The notes under the pieces are model-generated. The model saw nothing but the letters and a program-made list of their open reading frames with translations, did no database searches and was not told the origin of the DNA. Positions 10,067-18,662 of a stretch of 64,000 nt of DNA are shown here, piece by piece (position 1 is the first letter of the stretch; each line of letters starts with the position of its first letter). Made by a program: the position numbers and the translations under genes. The stretch comes from Candidatus Altimarinota bacterium. Its GTDB lineage: Bacteria; Patescibacteriota; Gracilibacteria; 1-14-2-50-48-13. The DNA lies in contig JBKBWQ010000001.1 of NCBI GenBank assembly GCA_046314355.1, positions 192,001 through 256,000 on the forward strand, in the 5' to 3' direction.

Positions 10067-10708
10067 ATGGAAAACATTGTACTTCCTGTACAGATGAGAA
10101 ACGCTGGATCACAGGCAGCCAAGGATTTACGAACTGAAAAACAGGTTCCAGCAGTAATCTACGGCCATAAAAAAGAGAATATTCATATTTCAGTAGATGC
10201 CGAGAAACTTCGAAAAGTATATCGACATGCAGGAAGAAACACTATTGTTACTCTTGAACTTGATGGAGGAAAGACTGAAAAAGTACTTATCCATATGGTA
10301 GATAGACATCCAGTGAAAGATACTTTCATGCACGTAGACTTCTACGCTGTGAAGCTTAAAGAGAAGATTACTACAACTATTCCTCTTGAGTTTACTGGTA
10401 TTTCAAATGCAGTGAAAAATTTTGGTGGTATTTTTGTAGAGACAATGAGTGAAGTGGAAGTACGATGTCTTCCAACTGATCTTATTCATACGATCGTAGT
10501 AGATATTGCAGTACTTGAAAACTTTGGTGATTCTATCCATGTAAGTGATCTTATTGTACCTAAGACTATAGAAATTCTTACGGGAGAAGAAGAGACAATT
10601 GCTCTTGTACAGGCACCTAAGGAAGAAGTTGTTGCAAACGAAGCTCCTTCTGCAGACCAGCTTGTCCCAGAGTCAGCGAAAGACTCTACAGAATCTTCAG
10701 CAGCATAA
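10067..10708 (+). CDS. rplY: 50S ribosomal protein L25/Ctc
   Basis: VPAVIYG, HVDFY, IHVSDL motifs; long Ctc form. Confidence 0.96.
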   Translation: MENIVLPVQMRNAGSQAAKDLRTEKQVPAVIYGHKKENIHISVDAEKLRKVYRHAGRNTIVTLELDGGKTEKVLIHMVDRHPVKDTFMHVDFYAVKLKEKITTTIPLEFTGISNAVKNFGGIFVETMSEVEVRCLPTDLIHTIVVDIAVLENFGDSIHVSDLIVPKTIEILTGEEETIALVQAPKEEVVANEAPSADQLVPESAKDSTESSAA

Positions 10709-10739
10709 TTTTCCTTTTATATAATTACTTAAACTTCAC

Positions 10740-11036
10740 GTGATCAGAATCAGACTTAGCCGTATGGGCCGAAAAGGACAGCCTCACTATCGAATACTTG
10801 TTGCCGAGCATGCTCGAGCTGTACAGGGAAAATTTATTGAAGCTGTTGGAACTTATAAGCCAACTTCAAAGGAATTTGAAGGAATTAAGGAGCGTATTGA
10901 ATATTGGATTTCAGTAGGAGCGCAGCCTTCTCAGACAGTTGCTAGACTCTTGAAGAAGAATGGTTATGAGAATATGGATAAATTTATTAAATTTGTACAT
11001 TTCAAGAAGAAAGAAGAAGCAGAAAAGTCCGAGTAA
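10740..11036 (+). CDS. rpsP: 30S ribosomal protein S16
   Basis: IRIRLSRMGRKGQPHYRI...GAQPSQTV. Confidence 0.97.
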   Translation: MIRIRLSRMGRKGQPHYRILVAEHARAVQGKFIEAVGTYKPTSKEFEGIKERIEYWISVGAQPSQTVARLLKKNGYENMDKFIKFVHFKKKEEAEKSE

Positions 11037-11080
11037 AATTAGAGTAGACAATATTTTCTATTTTTTCGGAATTTTATCCT

Positions 11081-11344
11081 ATGCATGACGATCAAAAGTT
11101 TCTAGAATTTGCTATTCATGCTCTTGTAGATGATCATGATCAGGTGAAAATAGAGAGAGTGATAGACGATTATGGAGTTTTCTTTAAGGTTTGCGTATCT
11201 AAAGAAGACATGGGAAAAATTATTGGTAAAAAAGGTCGTACAGCGCAGGCACTTAAAACACTCCTCCGCGTTGTAGGTTCCAGGACACAGAGTAGAGTGA
11301 ATATGAAAATTATAGATCCAGAAAGAGACGAGGTAGTTGCTTAA
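11081..11344 (+). CDS. khpA: KH-domain RNA-binding protein KhpA/YlqC
   Basis: DMGKIIGKKGRTAQALKTLL; follows rpsP. Confidence 0.92.
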   Translation: MHDDQKFLEFAIHALVDDHDQVKIERVIDDYGVFFKVCVSKEDMGKIIGKKGRTAQALKTLLRVVGSRTQSRVNMKIIDPERDEVVA

Positions 11345-11401
11345 GTAAAGCAGCTGCCTTTTCTTATATCGTACTTTCTTATATTATATCCAAAAACATA
11401 T

Positions 11402-11821
11402 ATGTATTTCTTTCCGGTAGTCGCGGCACAACTATCTTTCGTTCAGCCGGTTATGTCACCAATCGAGGCACTAAATAAATTTATTGCATATAGTATCCTG
11501 ATCGCTTTTGTCTTGTCAGTTGCTTATATTCTATGGGGGGGATTTAAGTTTATATTCTCTGGAGGTGATGACAACAAAGTAAAACAAGCAATGGGAACAA
11601 TTCGACATGCAATTATAGGACTTGTTATTGTCATAGGTGCGGTGTTTATTGTATATATCGTAGGTCAGTTCTTAGGAATGGATATTGGAAGACACCTCTT
11701 CAATTATGACGAGATTGTAAACGATATCAGAGGGATCATTGATAATCTAAGCGGAAACTCCAATCTGTTTCCAGGAGGAGATAGTAATAGTATCGATTAT
11801 AGCTTTGAAAGAGATTTCTAG
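11402..11821 (+). CDS. CPR-type pilin-like (TrbC/VirB2-like) membrane protein
   Basis: Two TM helices around ILWGGFKFIFSGGDDNKVKQA..TIRHAIIGLVI. Confidence 0.75.
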   Translation: MYFFPVVAAQLSFVQPVMSPIEALNKFIAYSILIAFVLSVAYILWGGFKFIFSGGDDNKVKQAMGTIRHAIIGLVIVIGAVFIVYIVGQFLGMDIGRHLFNYDEIVNDIRGIIDNLSGNSNLFPGGDSNSIDYSFERDF

Positions 11822-12933
11822 ACCTCTTTCAACTGCCTGCTTTCCTTTTTGATAAGCAGCATACTAATAACGAACATAAGAAGAATGATTGCTGCAATGG
11901 CAATCATTTTTCCAAATGTTTTAAGATAGAATAGAAAGCCGATGGAAGCTATACCTAGAGCAAATGTCATCATATATGCTATGAGGAGTGTATGCTGTTC
12001 TGAGAAGCCTACACGAAGCAGTTTATGATGATAATGGTTCAGATCACCTTGGAAGGGAGACTGTCCCTTACTGACGCGTCTAATGATAACCCATAGCAGA
12101 TCTGCAAGAGGTAGACCAAGCACAATGAATGTTGTTGCTATCTTTCCACCTGTATAGAGAGAGAGTACAGCTAAGATAAATCCTATAAACATTGCACCGC
12201 TATCCCCAATGACAACTTTTGGAGGATAAAAGTCAAATCTGTTAAATACAAATAATATTGATCCTAATATAAGCGCCATTTTAGCCACATACTGAGCATT
12301 AAGCTTTTCATCAAGAGTAGTAGTGGTGGAGATGATCAGCAATATGCTAAGTCCAAGTAAAGTAAAACTAGCAATGGATCCGATACCTGAGACCAATCCA
12401 GGAATTCCATCCTGAAAGTTGATAGCATTCATTACAAAGATTATCCATACTATAGTAAATAAGTCTGCAAGAGGAGTGAACTCAAAGAGTTGACTAAAAA
12501 TTTCAAAGGATATAGTCCACATCCGAAGATCTATAGCACTTCCAAAAGGATTACTTATTACTTCTATACCAATTCCCGAGAGTACGAGGATAAGACCCGC
12601 TAGAAACTGCATCAAAAGTCTAAAGGATGGTTTTAAACGCTTGAAATCATCGATAAAGCTTACTGTCACTATAATAAGCCCTGAGCATATAAGTCCTAGG
12701 AGTTCTTTTGTAATCGGGAAAAATAATAAAAGATGACTAATAAATACTATGGATATAATAACTCCAGCGGAATACGGAAGAGCGGCTCTTTTAAGACCAT
12801 AATCATGTGGTCTATCGAGCAGACCCCACTTTGGAAAGTACTTGAATATAAAGAAAAAACCGAGTAAAGTACTTACGCTACTACTCAAGAATAAAAGAAG
12901 ATAATCCATTGGGAAGATAAATGACAAATTCAT
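11818..12933 (-). CDS. Glycosyltransferase family 4 (MraY/WecA/TagO-like polyprenyl-phosphate HexNAc-1-P transferase)
   Basis: SFIDD, NAINFQDGIPGL, IGDSGA, DLNHYHHKL motifs; multi-TM; start may be at 12909. Confidence 0.92.
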   Translation of the reverse strand: MNLSFIFPMDYLLLFLSSSVSTLLGFFFIFKYFPKWGLLDRPHDYGLKRAALPYSAGVIISIVFISHLLLFFPITKELLGLICSGLIIVTVSFIDDFKRLKPSFRLLMQFLAGLILVLSGIGIEVISNPFGSAIDLRMWTISFEIFSQLFEFTPLADLFTIVWIIFVMNAINFQDGIPGLVSGIGSIASFTLLGLSILLIISTTTTLDEKLNAQYVAKMALILGSILFVFNRFDFYPPKVVIGDSGAMFIGFILAVLSLYTGGKIATTFIVLGLPLADLLWVIIRRVSKGQSPFQGDLNHYHHKLLRVGFSEQHTLLIAYMMTFALGIASIGFLFYLKTFGKMIAIAAIILLMFVISMLLIKKESRQLKEV

Positions 12934-12942
12934 AAGTATTAT

Positions 12943-13644
12943 ATGAAAAAATTGCCCGTATACAATAGCACCAAGAGAATATTGGAAGAATCAACAAAGA
13001 ATGCTTACAACATGTATGCATCAAAATTTGCTGAAACAAGAAACGGCAAGGTGCATTGGGAGGAGTTTGAAGTGCTTATACCTCTCCTCGCTAAAAAACC
13101 ATTAAATGTTTTAGATATCGGTTGCGGCAGCGGACGTTTTTTTTCATATCTAGAGAAGCATGCAGATATTTCTCACTATACTGGTATAGATTATTCTACG
13201 GAGCTTTTAAAGGAAGCAAAAGTGAAGGCAGGATTTCGTGATAAACTAGAGTGGATAGAAGGAGATATGCTGAACTTTAAAGTAGAAGAAGGAAAATATG
13301 ATCTTATTGTATTAATTGCCTCATTTCACCATCTGTTAAACCCTGAAGAGCATAAGTTATTTTTAAAAAAACTTTATGACTCTTTAAAACCTGAAGGAAT
13401 TTTATTTATGACAAATTGGAATCTTTTGGAACTACCGTTCTATGCTGATCGTCAAATTGAGAAAACCTCAATTTTTGAAATCCCTTTAAGCGATGGAAAA
13501 GATAAGGCAGAAAATAGATATTACTATGGATTTGAGTTAAAAGAGATTGAGCATTTATTTGAAAATGCAGGGTTTATAAAGAGCTCTCATACTTTATCTG
13601 AGAAGAATAAGAGAAATATAATCTCTGTAGCCTATAAGAGTTAA
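12943..13644 (+). CDS. Class I SAM-dependent methyltransferase
   Basis: VLDIGCGSGR, GIDYS, ASFHHL, LKPEG motifs. Confidence 0.9.
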   Translation: MKKLPVYNSTKRILEESTKNAYNMYASKFAETRNGKVHWEEFEVLIPLLAKKPLNVLDIGCGSGRFFSYLEKHADISHYTGIDYSTELLKEAKVKAGFRDKLEWIEGDMLNFKVEEGKYDLIVLIASFHHLLNPEEHKLFLKKLYDSLKPEGILFMTNWNLLELPFYADRQIEKTSIFEIPLSDGKDKAENRYYYGFELKEIEHLFENAGFIKSSHTLSEKNKRNIISVAYKS

Positions 13645-14039
13645 ATAGCAAAGAAAAGGGAATAAAGTCCAGCTATGATCAAATATGATAAAAGAATTAT
13701 AGCTACACCGGTACTAACATTTTTGACCTTCGTAAAATAGTCTTCTTTTGCAGAATCCTTCGCCTGTACAGCAGCAAAACCTGCAAGTACGAGCATAAGC
13801 ACTGCGAGTGTTAAGGCGATGGAGACAGAGGAACGTATAATCTTATTTAAGAAGTTAAAGATATTACCCTCATACCCAGGAAGCATTCCTACTGATATTT
13901 GCTGATTTGTAGTCTGATTGATCCATTCATTTGCTTCCGGCGTTAACTCTGCATGGGTAAACTGCATCGGAAGCATAGCTGCAATGAGCAGCAGATAGGA
14001 GAAACGTGAGATATAATACTGCAGATTTTTGAATTTCAT
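13641..14039 (-). CDS. Pilin-like small membrane protein
   Basis: Signal peptide plus two TM helices (LAVLMLVLAGF...GVAIILLSYLII), as in CPR pilin-like proteins. Confidence 0.6.
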   Translation of the reverse strand: MKFKNLQYYISRFSYLLLIAAMLPMQFTHAELTPEANEWINQTTNQQISVGMLPGYEGNIFNFLNKIIRSSVSIALTLAVLMLVLAGFAAVQAKDSAKEDYFTKVKNVSTGVAIILLSYLIIAGLYSLFFAI

Positions 14040-14116
14040 TTGAGGTAATTACAGATCTTCTCTTTATTTTACCTTATGTGCAGCGATTTGACAAAGATTA
14101 CCCTAAATATTTTACT

Positions 14117-14145
14117 TTGACTTATGGAGCTTCTTCTCATACAAT
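14117..14145 (+). promoter_or_regulatory. Putative sigma70 promoter of tRNA-Ser
   Basis: TTGACT-N17-TACAAT ending 18 nt before the tRNA. Confidence 0.65.
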
Positions 14146-14163
14146 CTGGAAGCATTCATTTAT

Positions 14164-14253
14164 GGAGAGATCGCATAGTGGTCGAGTGCGCCCGCTTGGA
14201 AGGCGGGTAGGGTCGAAAGGCTCTCCAGGGTTCGAATCCCTGTCTCTCCGCCA
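14164..14253 (+). tRNA. tRNA-Ser(GGA)
   Basis: GGAGAGA/TCTCTCC acceptor stem, CCCGC-TTGGAAG-GCGGG anticodon arm, long variable arm, GTTCGAATC, encoded CCA. Confidence 0.97.
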
Positions 14254-14301
14254 TTCTTCGCTTCTCAGCGAAGCTACGAATGGCACAGCCAGAATGGAAT
14301 G

Positions 14302-14327
14302 AATCTTCGCAGGCGAAGATTTTTTTT
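14302..14327 (+). terminator. Intrinsic terminator after tRNA-Ser
   Basis: AATCTTCGC/GCGAAGATT hairpin followed by a T-run. Confidence 0.7.
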
Positions 14328-14612
14328 AATATAGCGAAGAATGTCCCTCGTAGCCTACACCTGAATTACAAATATTTGATATTCTTTGTGGCGTAGAGGG
14401 ATTCCCAAACATAAAGCATTGGTGTATTTTGGTACGCCTCTAAGTTCATCGTAATTCTTTTTTATAATAGAATATAAAAATTTATCCCTAAGTACTAACT
14501 ACTCCCACTATCACTCATACTCCGAGCCAAAAAGTACTCTCATAAAATGACAATGTACATTGATACAGAGTTACATTACAGTATGCATATATCCCGTTAT
14601 CATATTATAACT

Positions 14613-14939
14613 ATGAAAAAATTTCTCGTTCTCTACTGTGCAACTAAGGCTACTCTTGAGCAGTGGAATTCTATGACACAGGAAGAAGGTCAAGCTGGTA
14701 TGGATGCATGGGCACAGTGGCAGGAAGCGCATAAAAGTGAATTAGTTCAGCCTGGAAATCCTGTAGGAAAAAATACCCGTCTCACTAAAGAAGGTACAGA
14801 AGCTACTTCTAATGAAGTGTGCGGTTACTCAGTGGTGGCTGCTGAATCAAAGGAAGCCGTATCCGCACTTCTTGCTGATAATCCTCATCTCATGCAGACA
14901 GGGACGTATCTTGAAATCATGGAATTGATGGAAATATAA
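14613..14939 (+). CDS. YciI/DGPF-like small protein
   Basis: MKKFLVLY start; W..W, GNP, GYSVVAAES, NPHL pattern of YCII-related proteins. Confidence 0.7.
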   Translation: MKKFLVLYCATKATLEQWNSMTQEEGQAGMDAWAQWQEAHKSELVQPGNPVGKNTRLTKEGTEATSNEVCGYSVVAAESKEAVSALLADNPHLMQTGTYLEIMELMEI

Positions 14940-14948
14940 TATCAACTT

Positions 14949-14980
14949 AAAAGGGATAGTAAATATGCTATCCCTTTTTT
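14949..14980 (+). terminator. Intrinsic terminator
   Basis: AAAAGGGATAG...CTATCCCTTTTTT. Confidence 0.8.
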
Positions 14981-15059
14981 GTATTATAATTTTATAATTC
15001 TCTTTCTACTTACTAAAAGTTAGTATATACTCGAAAGGCTTAATTTTTAAAGTAAATAT

Positions 15060-15575
15060 ATGTCAAATTTATATGTTGGTACTAAATACATAACTCTTGG
15101 TGCATTAGAGAATATGATTGCTCTTATTCGCAAGATAGAGACACAGCTTGAATCTAAAGGAATTTCTGAGGCTGAACTTTTGGATGCAAGACTTGCTCCA
15201 GATATGTTTCCTCTCGTCAAACAGATCCAGATTATGTCCGATAACGCAAAGGGATTGAATTCAAGGTTATCAGGAGTAGAAAACCCTTCTATGGCTGATG
15301 AAGAAAAAACTTTTGAAGAACTTATTGTGAGACTTGAGAATACACATCAATTTATTGCAGGAATAGATGATGAAAAGTATGCAGATGCTGATACACGCCA
15401 GATTGTAATGCCTTATTTTCCAGGAAAATACCAGACTGCCGAAGACTATGTAACGGATTTTGGAATTGCTAACTTCTACTTCCACTTTGTGACAGCCTAC
15501 GCAATTTTGAGAATGAAGGGATTTGATATTGGAAAGACTGATTTTGGAGGAACGCTTCATTTGAGAGATCTTTAA
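15060..15575 (+). CDS. DUF1993 family protein
   Basis: ARLAPDMFPL..QIQ, NFYFH..TAYAILR..G..IGK.DF motifs. Confidence 0.88.
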   Translation: MSNLYVGTKYITLGALENMIALIRKIETQLESKGISEAELLDARLAPDMFPLVKQIQIMSDNAKGLNSRLSGVENPSMADEEKTFEELIVRLENTHQFIAGIDDEKYADADTRQIVMPYFPGKYQTAEDYVTDFGIANFYFHFVTAYAILRMKGFDIGKTDFGGTLHLRDL

Positions 15576-15597
15576 TATTCTCTTAAGAATCATTCCT

Positions 15598-16053
15598 ATG
15601 AAAAGATCATACTATAATTCTCCTGTGGGCATCCTTGAGCTGCAGGAGGATCAAGGACATCTGATAGGACTGTATTTTAGAGATGCTCAGGGTATTGAAA
15701 ATAATAACTCCGATCTTTTTATAGAAGTGAAAAAACAATTAGATGAATACTTTGTGGGAAAGAGAAGTACATTTACCCTTCCATTAAAGATTACAGGTAC
15801 ACCATTTCAGGAAGGTGTCTGGAATGCTCTTCTAGATATTCCTTATGGAGAAACAAGATCATACTTGCAACAGGCACAGTATATACAGAATCCCAAGGCT
15901 GTAAGAGCAGTTGGAACTACAAATGGGAAGAATAAAATTAGTATTATTATTCCATGTCATAGAGTAATTGGAAAAGATGGCAGTCTTACCGGCTATGGAG
16001 GTGAGTTATGGAGAAAAAAGTGGCTGCTTGAACATGAAAAAAAGTACAGATAA
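15598..16053 (+). CDS. ogt: Methylated-DNA--protein-cysteine methyltransferase
   Basis: GTPFQ..VW, IPYGETRSY, RAVG, PCHRV active site. Confidence 0.96.
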   Translation: MKRSYYNSPVGILELQEDQGHLIGLYFRDAQGIENNNSDLFIEVKKQLDEYFVGKRSTFTLPLKITGTPFQEGVWNALLDIPYGETRSYLQQAQYIQNPKAVRAVGTTNGKNKISIIIPCHRVIGKDGSLTGYGGELWRKKWLLEHEKKYR

Positions 16054-16054
16054 G

Positions 16055-16089
16055 AAAAAAGGACTCAATCTTAAAGATTAGTCCTTTTT
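16055..16089. terminator. Bidirectional intrinsic terminator
   Basis: AAAAAA-GGACT(C)AATC...GATTAGTCC-TTTTT. Confidence 0.8.
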
Positions 16090-16213
16090 ATATAACTTCT
16101 AGTGCATAGAAGCAGGCATATGATATGAATCTATTTCATCCCAAATGTCTGGCTTCTATACTGAAATGCTTGTCTCCACTCATCACGTCTTAGGTGATAG
16201 TCTCGATGAAAGC
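16055..16213 (-). ncRNA. Candidate structured small RNA
   Basis: Upstream promoter, two hairpins, ends at the terminator; no ORF longer than ~15 codons noticed. Confidence 0.4.
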
Positions 16214-16219
16214 GGACGT

Positions 16220-16247
16220 ATAATAATGTAGAACAATAAAATGTCAA
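16220..16247 (-). promoter_or_regulatory. Putative sigma70 promoter pointing into the intergenic structured region
   Basis: TTGACA-N16-TATTAT on the minus strand. Confidence 0.55.
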
Positions 16248-16260
16248 TGAAATAATATAC

Positions 16261-16947
16261 TTAATTATTCTGCATGTCTGATTGCATGGAAATAAGCAAA
16301 GTATTCATTTGCTGAGTCGTTAAAGAAATATCTTTATATGAGAATAATGCTCTCATGCTTGCTACAGGAATATCTGAAGTCTCAACGTATTGATAAAATG
16401 GCATAAAGTCATTCCAAAAACATACAAATTCCTTTTCATCTGTTTTGCTTAAAGTTGCGCATTGATCTGCTGCCACTTCAACTCTGGCCGGGAAATACTG
16501 TTTTAAACTAGAGATCATTTTATCGGGATCTGCAGATGTAAATTTAGGATTCGTTGAGCTTAGCTCTATAGTTGGTTCTGAAAGACTTCTTTCACGTAAG
16601 GCTATTCTTCTTACAGATTGTGCTGCAACACGTATAAGTGTAGCTGTCTCATCTTGCGAGAAGATCTTCTTATTTCTAGAGATACATGAGCCACTTCCAG
16701 AGAGATTTGAGCAAAGAATGCTATCACTAGTATCTTCTCTAAGAAATATAAATTCTTTATCCTGCTGTACTACATATAATTTTGATGCCTGGCTTGCATC
16801 ATTCTGATCAATACCCATGATAAATCTGCCAGGTGTTCCAAAGGCATAACTAGTATCAGGAGAGAGAGAAGCAGGCAGCGAATTATTTGTGCAGGCTGTA
16901 ACAATGACTAAAGCTGCTAAAAAGAAAATATTTCTTAGAATATGCAT
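16261..16947 (-). CDS. Hypothetical lipoprotein
   Basis: Signal peptide ending in lipobox-like VTAC. Confidence 0.7.
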   Translation of the reverse strand: MHILRNIFFLAALVIVTACTNNSLPASLSPDTSYAFGTPGRFIMGIDQNDASQASKLYVVQQDKEFIFLREDTSDSILCSNLSGSGSCISRNKKIFSQDETATLIRVAAQSVRRIALRERSLSEPTIELSSTNPKFTSADPDKMISSLKQYFPARVEVAADQCATLSKTDEKEFVCFWNDFMPFYQYVETSDIPVASMRALFSYKDISLTTQQMNTLLISMQSDMQNN

Positions 16948-17121
16948 AAAATGAGACTAATAAATTTACTTTATGATAAGAGGATTGAGGTAGAAAGCAA
17001 GAGAAAGAGGAGAAGCCAAATTAATTAGCTTACCCCTTAAGCTCTTGCTTACTTATTCCTTCTTTACTCTGCTTCCCAAATACGATATAAATAGACCAAT
17101 TTCTAGTTACTATTCATACAT

Positions 17122-17496
17122 ATGACGTATAAGCAGAAGGTATATATACTTCAAGTGGCGATAGCATTTATTTTTGCCTGGTTTGGAGTAGAAAAGCTTT
17201 TGTTTCCAGAGAGCTGGGCACTTTTTGTTCCTAGCTGGTTTACAACATATGTAAAAATAAATGTTACTCAGCTTGTGCTTCTCTGTGGTGCTGCTGAAAC
17301 AGTGCTTGCATTATGGATACTTATACCATGGAAAACTCATTGGGCAGCGTATACAGCATTTGTATACTTTATCCTTATTATTTCTGTTACAGGCATTTCA
17401 CATGCCGGGATAAGAGATATTTCTCTAGCTTTAAGCACACTTTCCTTAGCGCTCTTCACTACGCCTCCTAAAATAGATCTTCATTTTTCAAGATAA
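17122..17496 (+). CDS. DoxX family membrane protein
   Basis: FAWFGVEKL, GAAE, IRDI motifs; four TM segments. Confidence 0.8.
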   Translation: MTYKQKVYILQVAIAFIFAWFGVEKLLFPESWALFVPSWFTTYVKINVTQLVLLCGAAETVLALWILIPWKTHWAAYTAFVYFILIISVTGISHAGIRDISLALSTLSLALFTTPPKIDLHFSR

Positions 17497-18356
17497 TGCT
17501 ACCTGTTCGCTATAGATTTTGGGATGTACCATTTCATACACCTCTAAGAGATGAAGTGACAGAAGTATTTGCGCGTATGCTAAAGGAAGAAAAAATGCAT
17601 ATGGTCTTTACGCCGAATCCTGAGATCATGCTGGTTTCTGAAGATTTGCCAGAATATAAAGAAGTACTGCAGTCTGCATATTGGAATCTCCCCGATGGGC
17701 ATGGGATTTTATGGGCATCAACTTTTCTTGAAAAAACTAAAAACATAAGAAATAAACTCTTCATTATTTTGATTTTTCTTAAAACCTACGCTGATCTTGT
17801 AATAAATAAAAAAGCTCTACAGAGAATAATACCTGAGACTGTTACTGGAGCAGATACATTTTTTAAAGTACATTCTTTATTTGTAGAGAGAAGGATTCCT
17901 GTCTTTTATTTTGGAGGGGAAGATGGAGTAGATAAAGAGATTGGAGCAACGATGGAGAAAAAGTATCCTGGACTTCAAGTCGCAGGAAGCTGTGGAGGAT
18001 TTCCCTTTAGATCTAAAGAAGAAAATGAAGCAATACTTTCTAAAATTGAAGATGCTGCTCCTGAGGTAGTCTTTGTCGCTCTTACATTTCCGCGTCAGGA
18101 AATGTGGATACAGCAGAATAGTCCAAGATTGGAGAAGGCTGGAGTAAAGGTAGCAATGGGAATTGGAGGGACCTTTAATTTTGCTGTGGGAAGAATAAAA
18201 AGAGCCCCTCAATGGATGCAGAATCTGCATATTGAATGGCTCTGGAGACTTATAATGGAACCTAGGCGTATGAGGAGAATACTAAAGGCAGTATTATATT
18301 TTCCTTGGAAAGTTTTACAAAAGAAGCTGAATGCTTACTCTTCTTTTTCTGAGTGA
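17496..18356 (+). CDS. WecB/TagA/CpsF family glycosyltransferase
   Basis: FTPNPE, PDGHG, VTGAD, PRQEMWI, GIGGTF, KRAP..EWLWRL..EPRR. Confidence 0.93.
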   Translation: MLPVRYRFWDVPFHTPLRDEVTEVFARMLKEEKMHMVFTPNPEIMLVSEDLPEYKEVLQSAYWNLPDGHGILWASTFLEKTKNIRNKLFIILIFLKTYADLVINKKALQRIIPETVTGADTFFKVHSLFVERRIPVFYFGGEDGVDKEIGATMEKKYPGLQVAGSCGGFPFRSKEENEAILSKIEDAAPEVVFVALTFPRQEMWIQQNSPRLEKAGVKVAMGIGGTFNFAVGRIKRAPQWMQNLHIEWLWRLIMEPRRMRRILKAVLYFPWKVLQKKLNAYSSFSE

Positions 18357-18643
18357 TCCTTCTTACTGCCTTTGAAAAAATTCATCACCGTATAGGCTAG
18401 AGTTGCAGGCATGGTAACATATGTATTTACATTATCCATAAGCTCTTCTCCCTTCGTAGAGAGATTCTTCAGTGAGAAAACAAATGCAGCAAGTGCCCCA
18501 ACAAACACAGAGCACATTATAAAGAAAAGTCCAAGTCCAATGGATAATACGAGAATCAATACGTCCTGCATAGTTGTGATCATAAGTATAATAGGTTCAG
18601 GATAACAATAACTAAGTATAAGAGAAAGTAAGAGGGATGGCAA
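18335..18643 (-). CDS. Small hypothetical membrane protein
   Basis: Single long hydrophobic segment; real start probably at a downstream ATG (MITTMQD). Confidence 0.6.
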   Translation of the reverse strand: MPSLLLSLILSYCYPEPIILMITTMQDVLILVLSIGLGLFFIMCSVFVGALAAFVFSLKNLSTKGEELMDNVNTYVTMPATLAYTVMNFFKGSKKDHSEKEE

Positions 18644-18662
18644 ACTCTTATTGTTGGCATTT

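Noticed and set aside
9850-10137. Short ORFs beginning within arrays (also 5053, 30160 and 43998 minus; SIIAAQ/RAQL-type peptides)
   Set aside because: Translation artefacts of the DNA repeats; they start in the arrays and mostly overlap real genes
14078-14302. 74-aa ORF over tRNA-Ser (and 56560..56769 over tRNA-Gly)
   Set aside because: Shadow ORFs of tRNA genes
16981-17075. Purine-rich then pyrimidine-rich divergent intergenic region as another array copy
   Set aside because: Lacks GGGCTC-type cores and periodic spacers; explainable by back-to-back promoters
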